Origin: Obrimoposthia wandeli
Lineage: Eukaryota
Assembly (NCBI GenBank): GCA_977020255.1
Contig: CDROCS010000506.1
Span: 62,001-126,000, forward strand
DNA: 64,000 bases
Direction: 5' to 3'
In this document: positions 21,156-30,414 of the stretch, in pieces
How positions within the stretch are numbered: the first letter of the stretch is position 1
How the letters are laid out: every line of letters starts with the position of its first letter
Notes under the pieces: generated by a model
Told to the model about the DNA's origin: nothing
The model's input: only the letters and a program-made list of their open reading frames with translations
Database searches by the model: none
Program-made: the position numbers and the translations under genes

Positions 21156-22841
21156 TTATTCCGAATCAAATACGATATCACCTTGCAATACTGTCATCAA
21201 AATCTCAGTTTTAGCGATGGCGTTTTTAGAAATACGGGTAATGTCTTTGTCTAAAATAGCGAAGTCAGCCGATTTACCTACCGTAATAGAACCGGTAATA
21301 TCGCTGATACCTAAGCTGTCAGCTGCATTAATGGTATATGCATCTATCGCCGCATACACATCAGGCAAACCTGTTTCACCCATCTTCAAACTATTGGCAA
21401 TGCCCACTAATGGATTAATGTCATTTACATTCCAATCACTACTTAGCGTTACATTGGCACCAGTATCGAAAATCGACTTCAAGTTCATTAATGAATGAGT
21501 ACGTTCTTTACCTAAAAAAGCTTCAGCCCACTGATGGTCATGCTGCGCAACATAATCAGAACCAACTTGGAAATCGGCAGTCACATCTAACTTAGCAAAA
21601 CGCGCCACGTCTTGGGGATTGACCATTTCAACATGCGTTAGCGTATAAGGTTTTTCAGAACCTTGGCTGCGCGCATACTCAACCGCATTTAATGATTCGC
21701 GAACAGCGCTATCACCAATAGCATGGATATGAGCGCTGTAACCTATTTTATCCAACGAACTTAACCATGTTTTCATCTGTTTTGGGGCAATATAGTTAAT
21801 GCCATTGGGTTCGTCGGGTATGTATGTCTCTAAATAAGGTGCGAGTGTTTTTGCAGTACCATTAATAATGATGCCGTCACTGTACATCTTGACTTGATCA
21901 ATGAGTAACAAGGATGATTTATCACTTGATTGTATGGTCTTTAAAAATGCCAATTGCGGTGGCATTGAATCAGTCGGGTAAATCCATGGACGTAGGGAAA
22001 TGCGCGAGGTTAAATCCCCTTTTCTCTCAGCTTCTTTCCATACTTCATACCAACCGCGTTTCCAATAAAGTCGCCCATCGCCAATAGTGGTAATACCGTG
22101 TGCAGCCGCTTCTTCAAGACCAACCATCAACCCGTCATAGCTTTGGTCAAATTGATTCTCTAAACTGTTCCACGCCATCTCCATCATAATGTCACCAGCG
22201 TTATCAAACACAATACCGTTAAGTTCACCCGTTATTTTGTCTTTCAGGATCTTACCGCCTTGCGGCTCTGCTGAATCCTTGGTTATGTTAGCTAACTTTA
22301 ACGCGACAGAGTTGACCCACATAGAATGTGACGTTTGCTCCATCAGCACAACGGGTTGGTCGGGGAAAATACGGTCAATAACTTCAAGCGGTGTATAACG
22401 ATTATCATCCGTTAAAATCGCATCTAACGAAAAACCATAACCCATGACCCAAGCTCCTGGCTTCGCATTTTCACGACAGGTTTTTAAGTAAGATATTTGC
22501 TCTTCAAGGGATGCGTCCATATCCAGTTCGCAATTACCGCCCGCTTCCGATGCGGCTTCAAACACATGATTATGATTATCGATAAACCCAGGCATCACAT
22601 ATGCTTGTTCGAGATCGATTATTTCAGTGCCTTTCGCGCGATATGCTGCAGATGCGTTACCCTTACCGATAAAGACAATATTGCCATCACGTATTGCAAT
22701 GGTATTCGCATTATCGTGACCGTATATGTTGGCGTTGGTTAAAATCATATCGGCTTTTGTACCAAGTTCTGGTTGCGCCGCCAAAATGGTAGGACTCATC
22801 ATTAAACTCACAGCTATTGCTAGAGGGGTAATTTTATTCAT
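21156..22841 (-). CDS. Secreted metal-dependent amidohydrolase (amidohydrolase_3 / YtcJ-like)
   Basis: Sec-type signal MNKITPLAIAVSLMMSPTILAA; PGFIDNHNH, HIHAIGD, THVE and SSDW metal ligands. Confidence 0.88.
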   Translation of the reverse strand: MNKITPLAIAVSLMMSPTILAAQPELGTKADMILTNANIYGHDNANTIAIRDGNIVFIGKGNASAAYRAKGTEIIDLEQAYVMPGFIDNHNHVFEAASEAGGNCELDMDASLEEQISYLKTCRENAKPGAWVMGYGFSLDAILTDDNRYTPLEVIDRIFPDQPVVLMEQTSHSMWVNSVALKLANITKDSAEPQGGKILKDKITGELNGIVFDNAGDIMMEMAWNSLENQFDQSYDGLMVGLEEAAAHGITTIGDGRLYWKRGWYEVWKEAERKGDLTSRISLRPWIYPTDSMPPQLAFLKTIQSSDKSSLLLIDQVKMYSDGIIINGTAKTLAPYLETYIPDEPNGINYIAPKQMKTWLSSLDKIGYSAHIHAIGDSAVRESLNAVEYARSQGSEKPYTLTHVEMVNPQDVARFAKLDVTADFQVGSDYVAQHDHQWAEAFLGKERTHSLMNLKSIFDTGANVTLSSDWNVNDINPLVGIANSLKMGETGLPDVYAAIDAYTINAADSLGISDITGSITVGKSADFAILDKDITRISKNAIAKTEILMTVLQGDIVFDSE

Positions 22842-22881
22842 CGTTCATTCCTTTGTGTCCTACAATCATCATAATTATAGG

Positions 22882-22944
22882 AAGTGTGTGTCGATGAGGT
22901 AAGTCTACTGCAGCGAATAAAGGAAAGAAAAGTAGTGAGTATAA
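22882..22944 (-). promoter_or_regulatory. Conserved upstream motif, copy 1 (amidohydrolase operon)
   Basis: Ungapped 48/63 identity with 29629-29691; contains TTATACTCACT (-10-like TATACT) and TGCAGTAGACTTACCTCATC on the minus strand. Confidence 0.7.
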
Positions 22945-22974
22945 GGATTTTGGGATAGTGATTAGCCTCGATAA

Positions 22975-23577
22975 TTAATCATCAAGCAATTGCGCCACTC
23001 GCTGTTGTAAATGCGGGATCACCTCTTGTTCAAACCAAGGATTTTTCTTCAACCAAATATTGTTACGTGGGCTTGGATGTGGCAAAGGTAATAGCTCTGG
23101 CCAATCGCCTTGACAAAAGTCTTGCCAATGCCTCACTGTTTCGGTCAGGTTTTTCTGTTTTACCTCACCCATGTGCCATTTTTGCGCATAAATACCAATC
23201 ACCAGTATCAAATCAATATTGGGCATTGCAGCGAGTATGTCTGCTCGCCATGTTTTAGCACATTCAGATCGTGGCGGCAGGTCACCTGACTTACCGGTTC
23301 CTGGATAACAGAATCCCATTGGTAAAATGGCGATTTTACTGGCATCATAAAAAGTGTCGTTATCAATATCCATCCATTGGCGTAAACGATCGCCACTAGG
23401 GTCGGTAAATGGTATACCTGATTCATGCACGCGAATACCTGGAGCCTGCCCTGCAATCAATATTTTGGCTTGCGTATCGACTTGCAACACAGGCCTTGCC
23501 CCCAGTGGCAGATCTGGTTCGCACAAGGTGCACTTTCGTACATCGGAAACGATTGTATCGAGAATATTATTTTTCAT
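22975..23577 (-). CDS. Uracil-DNA glycosylase superfamily protein
   Basis: CTLC start, GQAPGIRVH...PFTDPSGDRLRQW, MGFCYPG, LPHPSPRN motifs. Confidence 0.88.
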   Translation of the reverse strand: MKNNILDTIVSDVRKCTLCEPDLPLGARPVLQVDTQAKILIAGQAPGIRVHESGIPFTDPSGDRLRQWMDIDNDTFYDASKIAILPMGFCYPGTGKSGDLPPRSECAKTWRADILAAMPNIDLILVIGIYAQKWHMGEVKQKNLTETVRHWQDFCQGDWPELLPLPHPSPRNNIWLKKNPWFEQEVIPHLQQRVAQLLDD

Positions 23578-23693
23578 ACTGTCATCCCAGAACGGTTTCT
23601 ACTTTATACCGAAAAATAGGCTTTATATTTCACTACTCAAATTCATCTGAAGTATAACGAGTATATTGATTGTTCGTCTGTTTATATAGGCTC

Positions 23694-23737
23694 TTTTTAA
23701 CCAACTATTATTTGCCTCTAATGTGAGGCGCTATGCC
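23694..23737 (+). repeat. attC-like remnant (right half) upstream of ydeI
   Basis: AACCAACTATTATTTGCCTCTAATGTGAGGCGCTATGCC; its arm is complementary to 24372-24390 and it ends one base from GTTATGC. Confidence 0.45.
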
Positions 23738-24329
23738 AAAAGGATCTAATTTGATGCCTGAACCTGACCCATTGAAAATAATGACATTTGTAACACCGAA
23801 AGATCTCGGCCAGTGGCTCAAAGTGAATAACGCCTCTGAAAGTGAACTATGGGTGAAGATATACAAGAAAAATACGGGGATTCAGAGCGTGACTTGGAAT
23901 GACGTCGTGATCGAGGCGTTATGTTGGGGTTGGATCGACGGTATTAAAAAGTCAATCGATGACCAAGCTTATCTTCAGCGCATTACGCCCAGAAAAACGC
24001 GAAGCAACTGGTCTAAAAGGAACACTGAGCATGCGGAACGTTTGATAAGTGAGAGCCGGATGATGGAATCAGGGCTCGTGCATATTCGAGCAGCAAAAGC
24101 GGACGGTCGTTGGGAAAATGCCTATGTGGTCAGTGAAATGGAAGTGCCCGCGGATTTCCTAACTGCACTGGAGAGCAAGCCGAATGTTAAAGCCTTTTTT
24201 GAAACGCTCAATAAATCGAGTCGTTATGTTATCGCGTACGGATTGATAAGTGCGAAGAAACCCGAAACCAGACTAAGGCGGTTTACAAAATTCATGGACA
24301 TGCTTGTTCACGAAGAAAAGCCTAAATAA
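23733..24329 (+). CDS. YdeI/OmpD-associated family protein
   Basis: ELWVKIYKK...VTWNDVVIEALCWGWIDG...RITPRKTRSNWSKRN...KKPETRLRR. Real start is possibly the ATG at 23754. Confidence 0.88.
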   Translation: MPKGSNLMPEPDPLKIMTFVTPKDLGQWLKVNNASESELWVKIYKKNTGIQSVTWNDVVIEALCWGWIDGIKKSIDDQAYLQRITPRKTRSNWSKRNTEHAERLISESRMMESGLVHIRAAKADGRWENAYVVSEMEVPADFLTALESKPNVKAFFETLNKSSRYVIAYGLISAKKPETRLRRFTKFMDMLVHEEKPK

Positions 24330-24350
24330 GTAGAATTCGACATATAAATA

Positions 24351-24442
24351 AGAATAAGTGTTGAACAAGCGGGACAAATTACAGTTGGCTTTTACCCTTT
24401 CCTCGCTTGTTTTAGCTCATCATTATTGCCTCTAACTGAGGT
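24351..24442 (+). repeat. Degenerate attC-like site downstream of ydeI
   Basis: CAAGCGGGACAAATTACAGTTGGCTTTT...TTTTAGCTCATCATTATTGCCTCTAACTGAGG; shares TTGCCTCTAA..TGAGG with the upstream remnant. Confidence 0.45.
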
Positions 24443-24473
24443 ATCTCGCTTTAATTAGAAATAAACGGACACC

Positions 24474-24806
24474 ATGTTTGAATTAAAAACTATCGCACTA
24501 TTTTTCATCACTGCCATTGCTGAAATCATTGGCTGTTATTTACCTTATCTTTGGCTTAAGCAAGATAAGAGTATATTGCTGCTGATCCCTGCTGCAGCAA
24601 GCCTTGCGCTATTTGCATGGTTGTTGTCACTGCACCCAGAAGCAGCAGGTCGTGTGTATGCGGCGTATGGTGGTGTCTACATTTTCGTTGCCATACTATG
24701 GCTTTGGGGTGTTGATGGTATTAAACCGACGATGTGGGATATGATTGGCGCTTCAGTAGCCCTTGTTGGTATGGCCATTATTATGTTCGCACCAAGAGCC
24801 GCGTAA
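24474..24806 (+). CDS. ynfA: YnfA/UPF0060 small multidrug resistance-like membrane protein
   Basis: [14 protein letters not shown] and [14 protein letters not shown] motifs, 110 aa, 4 TM. The 3' end overlaps the convergent GATase gene by 26 nt. Confidence 0.88.
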   Translation: MFELKTIALFFITAIAEIIGCYLPYLWLKQDKSILLLIPAAASLALFAWLLSLHPEAAGRVYAAYGGVYIFVAILWLWGVDGIKPTMWDMIGASVALVGMAIIMFAPRAA

Positions 24807-25512
24807 CCATAGTCTGCCTTAAAAACACCAATATCCACTTGGCGATAAGCTTATCATCTGCTTGCTGTCCAAGTGAGTCCATCGCAGATTTGATCGTATC
24901 TGCAGGGATAATATCGCGACGTTGTTCCATCAACGCTGCTGAATATTGCGAGGTAAACTCAGGATGTCCCTGCAGACCAAGAAAATGCGAATCCACCTGG
25001 AACATGCTATAACGACAGAAATCATTACTCAGCAATACTTGAGCACCAGCAGGTAATTTACAGACTTGATCTTGATGGCAAACCACCAGCGCAATGTTAT
25101 CTTGCTTCGGCAGCATCCAACTGTGATCGACAAGCACATCAGCATGTGCAATACCGACGCCCCAACCGCAGGTACTTTTCTCCACTTGTCCGCCCAACGC
25201 TTTAGCAATCATTTGATGACCAAAACAAATACCGACTAAGCCCTTCTGTGCCTCATAGAGTTGACGCGTGAAATCTTCCAACTGGCGGATCCAAAGGTAA
25301 TCATCATTAACACTCCATTTACTGCCACTGCAAATGTAAGCATCACACTCGTCAATATGCTCTGGAAACGTCCCATCAATCACCCGATAAAAATGAAGTT
25401 CTAATACGCTATCCACTTGCTGGAATAACGCCTCAAACATAGCGGCGTAATTACCAAAATCAGCGTGTAAACTAGCCCTTACATCGTCACATTGCAGAAT
25501 ACCGAGTTTCAT
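24781..25512 (-). CDS. Class I glutamine amidotransferase-like hydrolase (putative gamma-glutamyl-amide hydrolase)
   Basis: GICFGHQ nucleophile Cys and QGHPE His-Glu triad; last gene of the GS-like operon. Confidence 0.85.
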   Translation of the reverse strand: MKLGILQCDDVRASLHADFGNYAAMFEALFQQVDSVLELHFYRVIDGTFPEHIDECDAYICSGSKWSVNDDYLWIRQLEDFTRQLYEAQKGLVGICFGHQMIAKALGGQVEKSTCGWGVGIAHADVLVDHSWMLPKQDNIALVVCHQDQVCKLPAGAQVLLSNDFCRYSMFQVDSHFLGLQGHPEFTSQYSAALMEQRRDIIPADTIKSAMDSLGQQADDKLIAKWILVFLRQTMVTRLLVRT

Positions 25513-25546
25513 AGCCTTGCCTCCACCTTATAGTTAGTCCTGCCGT

Positions 25547-26716
25547 TTACAAATCGCCATGTACCGCAGATAAGAAAATATCAGCATATTGCTGCGCATT
25601 AAGCATTATCGGATTACCGCCTGCTGATGGGTCTTGCTCTGCCATGATACCGATCGCAACGACACGGTCAGCATCAATGCCAATTTCACCGAGAGAATGT
25701 GGTATATCGAGTTGTTTACGCAATGTCAGTACCCATTCTAGAAAACCATCAAAGTCAGCATCTTCTAAAGTTAAATAACGACTTAAACGAGTAAGTTTAG
25801 CTTCAATGGCACTACGATTGGCCTTTAAAACATACGGCATTAAGATAGCGTTTAATAAACCATGGTGACTATCGAACAGCGCACCAATAGGGTGAGCGAG
25901 TGCATGCATACCACCAAGACCACGCTGGAAAGCAGTTGAGCCCATAGTTGACGCAGTCATCATTTGGGCTCTTGCTTCCAGGTCGCAACCGTCTTCAACT
26001 GCGCGCGGTAAATATTCTTTAATCAACCGGATCGCTTCGAGGGCAATGCCTTCCGCCATCGGATGATAACCAGTAGCACAATACGCTTCTAAAGCATGGG
26101 ACAATGCATCTAACCCTGTAGCTGCGGTTAATTGCGCTGGTAATCCGACACTCAATTGTGGGTCTAAAATGACAATGGCAGGCAACATCTTAGGATGAAA
26201 AATAATGCGTTTAATGTGATTGTTACTGTCCGTAATCACCGACGCGCGCCCTACTTCTGAACCTGTGCCAGACGTGGTAGGCACTGCGACAACAGGTACC
26301 ATTCCTCCAACATTTACCTTTAACCAGTTATCATCGACATCGTCGAAATCCCAAATAGGCCGATCTTGCCCGACCATCAAGGCAACGGCTTTACCGGCAT
26401 CCAATGCTGAACCACCACCAAATGCGATAACACCATCATGTCCGCCGCCCTTAAATGCACGCACTCCATCACTGATGTTATCTCCTGTTGGATTACCTTT
26501 AATCTGTGAGAAGATACGGCACTTTAAACCCGCATTTTGGCAATTGATTAACGCGGTTTGCACCATCGGCAAGTCAGCGAGGCCGGGATCGGTAATGAGT
26601 AGCGGTGATGTCATGCCCAGTTCTTGGCAAGTAGCGGGGAGTTCTTCAATACGACCGATACCAGCACGTATAGCAGTAGGATAATGCCAATTCGCCGTGA
26701 ATTGATTGAGTTCCAT
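25547..26716 (-). CDS. Iron-containing alcohol dehydrogenase
   Basis: GGGSALD, PTTSGTGSE, DALSHALEA, HALAH and HHGLLN metal ligands. Confidence 0.92.
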   Translation of the reverse strand: MELNQFTANWHYPTAIRAGIGRIEELPATCQELGMTSPLLITDPGLADLPMVQTALINCQNAGLKCRIFSQIKGNPTGDNISDGVRAFKGGGHDGVIAFGGGSALDAGKAVALMVGQDRPIWDFDDVDDNWLKVNVGGMVPVVAVPTTSGTGSEVGRASVITDSNNHIKRIIFHPKMLPAIVILDPQLSVGLPAQLTAATGLDALSHALEAYCATGYHPMAEGIALEAIRLIKEYLPRAVEDGCDLEARAQMMTASTMGSTAFQRGLGGMHALAHPIGALFDSHHGLLNAILMPYVLKANRSAIEAKLTRLSRYLTLEDADFDGFLEWVLTLRKQLDIPHSLGEIGIDADRVVAIGIMAEQDPSAGGNPIMLNAQQYADIFLSAVHGDL

Positions 26717-26757
26717 AGAGCCTCCATTTTTGTTTACTACAACGGTTATAACGACAG

Positions 26758-28164
26758 CTACAATTTAATATGAAATGATTTCGGACGTGTGAGCGACTCA
26801 TAACCTAATTTAGATAAGGTGCAGCCTCGCCCCGAGTTCTTCACTCCCGTCCACGCCAATTCAGGATCGAGGTAATCACAACGATTAACAAAAAAAGTAC
26901 CGGTTTCCAGTTGCTCGCCAATAGCGATAGCCTTGTCGATATCTTCAGTGAATACCGATGCAGTAAGCCCGAACTCAGAATCATTCATTAACGCGATGGC
27001 TTGTTCATCACTTTCGACTTTCATGATGCCAATGACAGGGCCAAAACTTTCTTCGGTCATCACCCGCATTTGGTGGTTAACATTGGTTAACAGCTGCGGT
27101 GCCAGATAAGGCGAACCAACTTCATTCATTGCAAAATCATCGGCATTAATATGCGCAATAGCACCTTGAGATATAGCATCATGAACTTGCGAACGCACAA
27201 AGTCAGCCGCTGACGTTTTGACCATCGGCCCTAATGTGGTGTTCCTATCATCAGGTCGCCCCAGTTTATAGGCTTTAACAAGATCAACAGACTTACGCAC
27301 AAATTCGTCGAATACGCAGCTATCTACATAGATACGTTCAATACCACAGCAAGATTGTCCTGAATTGAAAAATGCCCCATCGATACAGGTGGCCACGGCA
27401 TGATCAAGTTCTGCATCACCGCGGACATAAGCAGGATCTTTACCGCCGAGTTCTAATCCAACACCAATGAAACGCCCGCAACTGGCATTTTCAACCATAG
27501 CGCCACCCGCCACTGACCCAGTAAAAGCCACGTAATCAATTCGAGTATCCTTAATAACGGCTTCTGTATTGGCATGACTAAGATGTAAATATTGAAATAC
27601 CCCATCCGGTAAACCTGCTTTTTCAAAGGCTTTATATAATTGCTCAGCACATAATGGTGTCTGTGCGGAGTGCTTTAATATCACACTGTTGCCCGCCATA
27701 ATGGCAGGCATGACGGCATTAATCGACGTCAGGTAAGGATAATTCCACGGCGCGATAACAAAAGCGGTCCCCAATGCTTCACGTTTAATATAGCGCTGGA
27801 AACCGGTTTTATCTGGTAATTGAATATTTGCTAAGGCGTCATCGGCAGCGTCAATCATGTAACGCGCACGCTCAGCTAACCCTGCGACTTCACCACTTGC
27901 ATATTGGATCGGACGCCCCATCATCCAGCATAATTCATCTGCTATCTCAGTTTCATTGGTAATGAAAGCATCGACCATTTTATGGCAAATAACAGCGCGC
28001 TCTTTCAGCGCAAGCTTACGCCAATGCGTTTGCGCGGCGACAGCTTTATGCAAGGTAGCATGAATGTCGTCAAGACTCGCAAGTTCACGCTCAACGTAAA
28101 CAGCATTATCAATGGGTGAACGTGTTTGTTGTATAAGCCTTCGCTTTTTACTTATCATTGTCAT
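26758..28164 (-). CDS. NAD(P)-dependent aldehyde dehydrogenase
   Basis: APWNYP, FTGS, LELGGKDP, GQSC (catalytic Cys), EESFGP. Confidence 0.93.
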   Translation of the reverse strand: MTMISKKRRLIQQTRSPIDNAVYVERELASLDDIHATLHKAVAAQTHWRKLALKERAVICHKMVDAFITNETEIADELCWMMGRPIQYASGEVAGLAERARYMIDAADDALANIQLPDKTGFQRYIKREALGTAFVIAPWNYPYLTSINAVMPAIMAGNSVILKHSAQTPLCAEQLYKAFEKAGLPDGVFQYLHLSHANTEAVIKDTRIDYVAFTGSVAGGAMVENASCGRFIGVGLELGGKDPAYVRGDAELDHAVATCIDGAFFNSGQSCCGIERIYVDSCVFDEFVRKSVDLVKAYKLGRPDDRNTTLGPMVKTSAADFVRSQVHDAISQGAIAHINADDFAMNEVGSPYLAPQLLTNVNHQMRVMTEESFGPVIGIMKVESDEQAIALMNDSEFGLTASVFTEDIDKAIAIGEQLETGTFFVNRCDYLDPELAWTGVKNSGRGCTLSKLGYESLTRPKSFHIKL

Positions 28165-28178
28165 TATCGCAGTGCTCC

Positions 28179-29549
28179 CTAAATAATTTCAAAATAACGT
28201 TCGAGTTCCCAATCCGTCACGTGTTTTCTAAATTCACGTTCTTCCCACTCGCGAGTCGCAGCATAATGCGCAACAAATTCTTGGCCGAACAACTCTTTCG
28301 CCGCTTCAGAACGTTTGAGTTTACGCGCGGCATCAAACAATGTGCGTGGTAGAGATAACGCTTCAGCATGGTCTTGATCGTAGGCATTACCTTTCACTTG
28401 TGCATGAGGCTCTAACTTCTGCTCGATCCCCATTAAACCAGATGCTAATGCCGCTGCGAGCGCAAGATAAGGATTAGCATCGGCAGAGCCCAAACGATAT
28501 TCAATACGCTGAGATTTTGCCGAACCAGGGATCACCCGCAGTGCAGTGGTGCGATTTTCGACGCCCCAAGTTGCATCAAGCGGCGCCCATAACCCCGGCA
28601 CCATACGACTATAACTGTTTACGGTCGGCGCGATCATAGCCAAGAATTCTGGCATGTATTTTTGCTGCCCGGCAAGGAAGTGACGTTGAGTATCACTCAT
28701 GTTGTATTCATTATTAGGTTCGTGAAACAATGCTTTACCACTTTTGTCTTTTAACGAAATATGGATGTGACCACTTTGGCCCGGCCAATCACTTGACCAT
28801 TTCGCCATGAAGGTTGCCATCAGATTATTACGCTGCGCCCAGACTTTAATGAAAGTTTTGAATAGTGCGGCTTTATCTGCGGCATCTTGCGCGCCATCAT
28901 AAGCAATGGCCGCTTCTAATACACCTGGACCGGTTTCGGTGTGTAGACTCTCTAATGGAAAGTCCATAACTTCACCTAGAACCATGATTTGATGATGTAA
29001 ATCGGCATGGACTGAATTGCGAATAATAGAGTAGCCAAAACTATCAGGGGTGAGCGGCGTTAAATTCTTGTAACCTTTTTCTCTTATCGATTCAGGTGTT
29101 TCTTTAAACATAAAAAATTCATATTCAAATGCAGCGGTAACATCCAAGCCCATACGCTCGGCACGTGCTAATACTCGGCGTAACGTACCACGAGGACAAA
29201 TCGCTTCGGCTTGATCGCGAAACTCAGCAATGAATAACAACATATCGCCTTCAGCAGGTAGATTACGGCAAGTATCAGGTAAAATACGCACCGGGGCATC
29301 GGGATAGCCAGTATGCCAACCAGTGTATTCAACATTATCGTAAAGCTGATCTTTTGAATCCCAGCCTAAAACCACATCACAAAACGAAAAACCACTGTCG
29401 AGAGAACAGAAGAATTTATCTTTACTCATATACTTACCGCGCATAATACCGTCGGCATCAAACAAACCAACTTTGATATGGCTTAAACCGCGTTGTTCGA
29501 TAATATGCTTGGCATCGGCAACGGTTTTCACTTCTCTGGGATTGAGCAT
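28179..29549 (-). CDS. Glutamine synthetase-like gamma-glutamyl-amine ligase
   Basis: EYEFF, HTETGPGVLE, GQSGHIH, ENRTTALR, RIEYR; 456 aa GS-like subfamily rather than canonical GlnA. Confidence 0.9.
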   Translation of the reverse strand: MLNPREVKTVADAKHIIEQRGLSHIKVGLFDADGIMRGKYMSKDKFFCSLDSGFSFCDVVLGWDSKDQLYDNVEYTGWHTGYPDAPVRILPDTCRNLPAEGDMLLFIAEFRDQAEAICPRGTLRRVLARAERMGLDVTAAFEYEFFMFKETPESIREKGYKNLTPLTPDSFGYSIIRNSVHADLHHQIMVLGEVMDFPLESLHTETGPGVLEAAIAYDGAQDAADKAALFKTFIKVWAQRNNLMATFMAKWSSDWPGQSGHIHISLKDKSGKALFHEPNNEYNMSDTQRHFLAGQQKYMPEFLAMIAPTVNSYSRMVPGLWAPLDATWGVENRTTALRVIPGSAKSQRIEYRLGSADANPYLALAAALASGLMGIEQKLEPHAQVKGNAYDQDHAEALSLPRTLFDAARKLKRSEAAKELFGQEFVAHYAATREWEEREFRKHVTDWELERYFEII

Positions 29550-29628
29550 AATACATCCTTATATTACAGAGCCTATTGCGGCTATGCTTGATAATGAGTG
29601 ATAGCATCATTCTTAGTATAGGGAGTGT

Positions 29629-29691
29629 AAGTGTGTTGTGATGAAGAAAGTCGACTGCAACGATAAAATAAAACCAAAAAAGTGAGTATAA
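29629..29691 (-). promoter_or_regulatory. Conserved upstream motif, copy 2 (GS-like operon)
   Basis: Ungapped 48/63 identity with 22882-22944, same orientation relative to the downstream minus-strand operon. Confidence 0.7.
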
Positions 29692-29766
29692 TCAGCTCAG
29701 AATAGGCTGAAATAGAACTTTCACCTTGCAGCGAATATCGACCAGCCGACTCAACAAGGACATGAG

Positions 29767-30279
29767 ATGACGAATATCAACATTCAATACTTTAAGCACC
29801 CTTACGCTGAATTTGTACTTGGCTCATACCAAGGCAAACTGTGTTTGTGTGATTTTCGCTACAGGAAAATGCGCGAGTCTGTTGATAACCGTATTCAGCG
29901 CGGCCTTAATGCCAGGTTTGTCGAACAAAATGATGCGGTATTAGAACAAACCAAAGCGCAGTTAAACGCCTATTTTATGGGGGAACGTAGTGTGTTTGAC
30001 TTGCCTTTATTACTGCTCGGCACCGATTTTCAACAAACGGTATGGCGAGCACTACAGGAAGTAAAGTATGGTGAAACAGCGACATATTTAGATCTAGCGA
30101 CAACCATAGGTAACGAAAATGCAGTGAGAGCGGTAGGCAATGCCAACGGTGCGAATGGATTAGCCATTATCATTCCTTGTCACCGTATTATTGGTAGCCA
30201 AGGCGAGCTGGTCGGTTACGGCGGTGGTTTGTCATTAAAGAAGCGTTTGTTAGAACTTGAGCAGAATTTATTTATCTAA
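29767..30279 (+). CDS. ogt: Methylated-DNA--protein-cysteine methyltransferase
   Basis: GTDFQQTVWRAL, RAVGNANGAN and PCHRI active-site motif. Confidence 0.92.
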   Translation: MTNINIQYFKHPYAEFVLGSYQGKLCLCDFRYRKMRESVDNRIQRGLNARFVEQNDAVLEQTKAQLNAYFMGERSVFDLPLLLLGTDFQQTVWRALQEVKYGETATYLDLATTIGNENAVRAVGNANGANGLAIIIPCHRIIGSQGELVGYGGGLSLKKRLLELEQNLFI

Positions 30280-30336
30280 TACATTATCTAAATAAATCGC
30301 ATTCAATAAATTTTAGTTAAGTACCAAAAAAAAGGC

Positions 30337-30368
30337 AAAAAAAATGGCAAACCCATAAGGCTTACCAT
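30337..30368 (-). terminator. Intrinsic terminator of the cold-shock gene
   Basis: Minus strand ATGGTAAGCC-TTAT-GGGTTTGCCAT followed by a T run. Confidence 0.7.
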
Positions 30369-30414
30369 TCTTTATATCTATTCAGCTCTGAATCAGAGCC
30401 GAATACATAGCAAA

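Noticed and set aside
21041-21181. ORF-track N-terminal extension of the deiminase overlapping the amidohydrolase (similarly katA 14157 and ETF-QO 61526)
   Set aside because: Better RBS-start pairs lie downstream (21040, 14118, 61586), and the extensions are non-homologous low-quality sequence.
22842-24473. Guanidine riboswitch upstream of the deiminase operon or ynfA
   Set aside because: No paired ACGR-loop hairpins (class II) and no class I/III consensus seen by eye; an Infernal search would be needed to exclude it fully.
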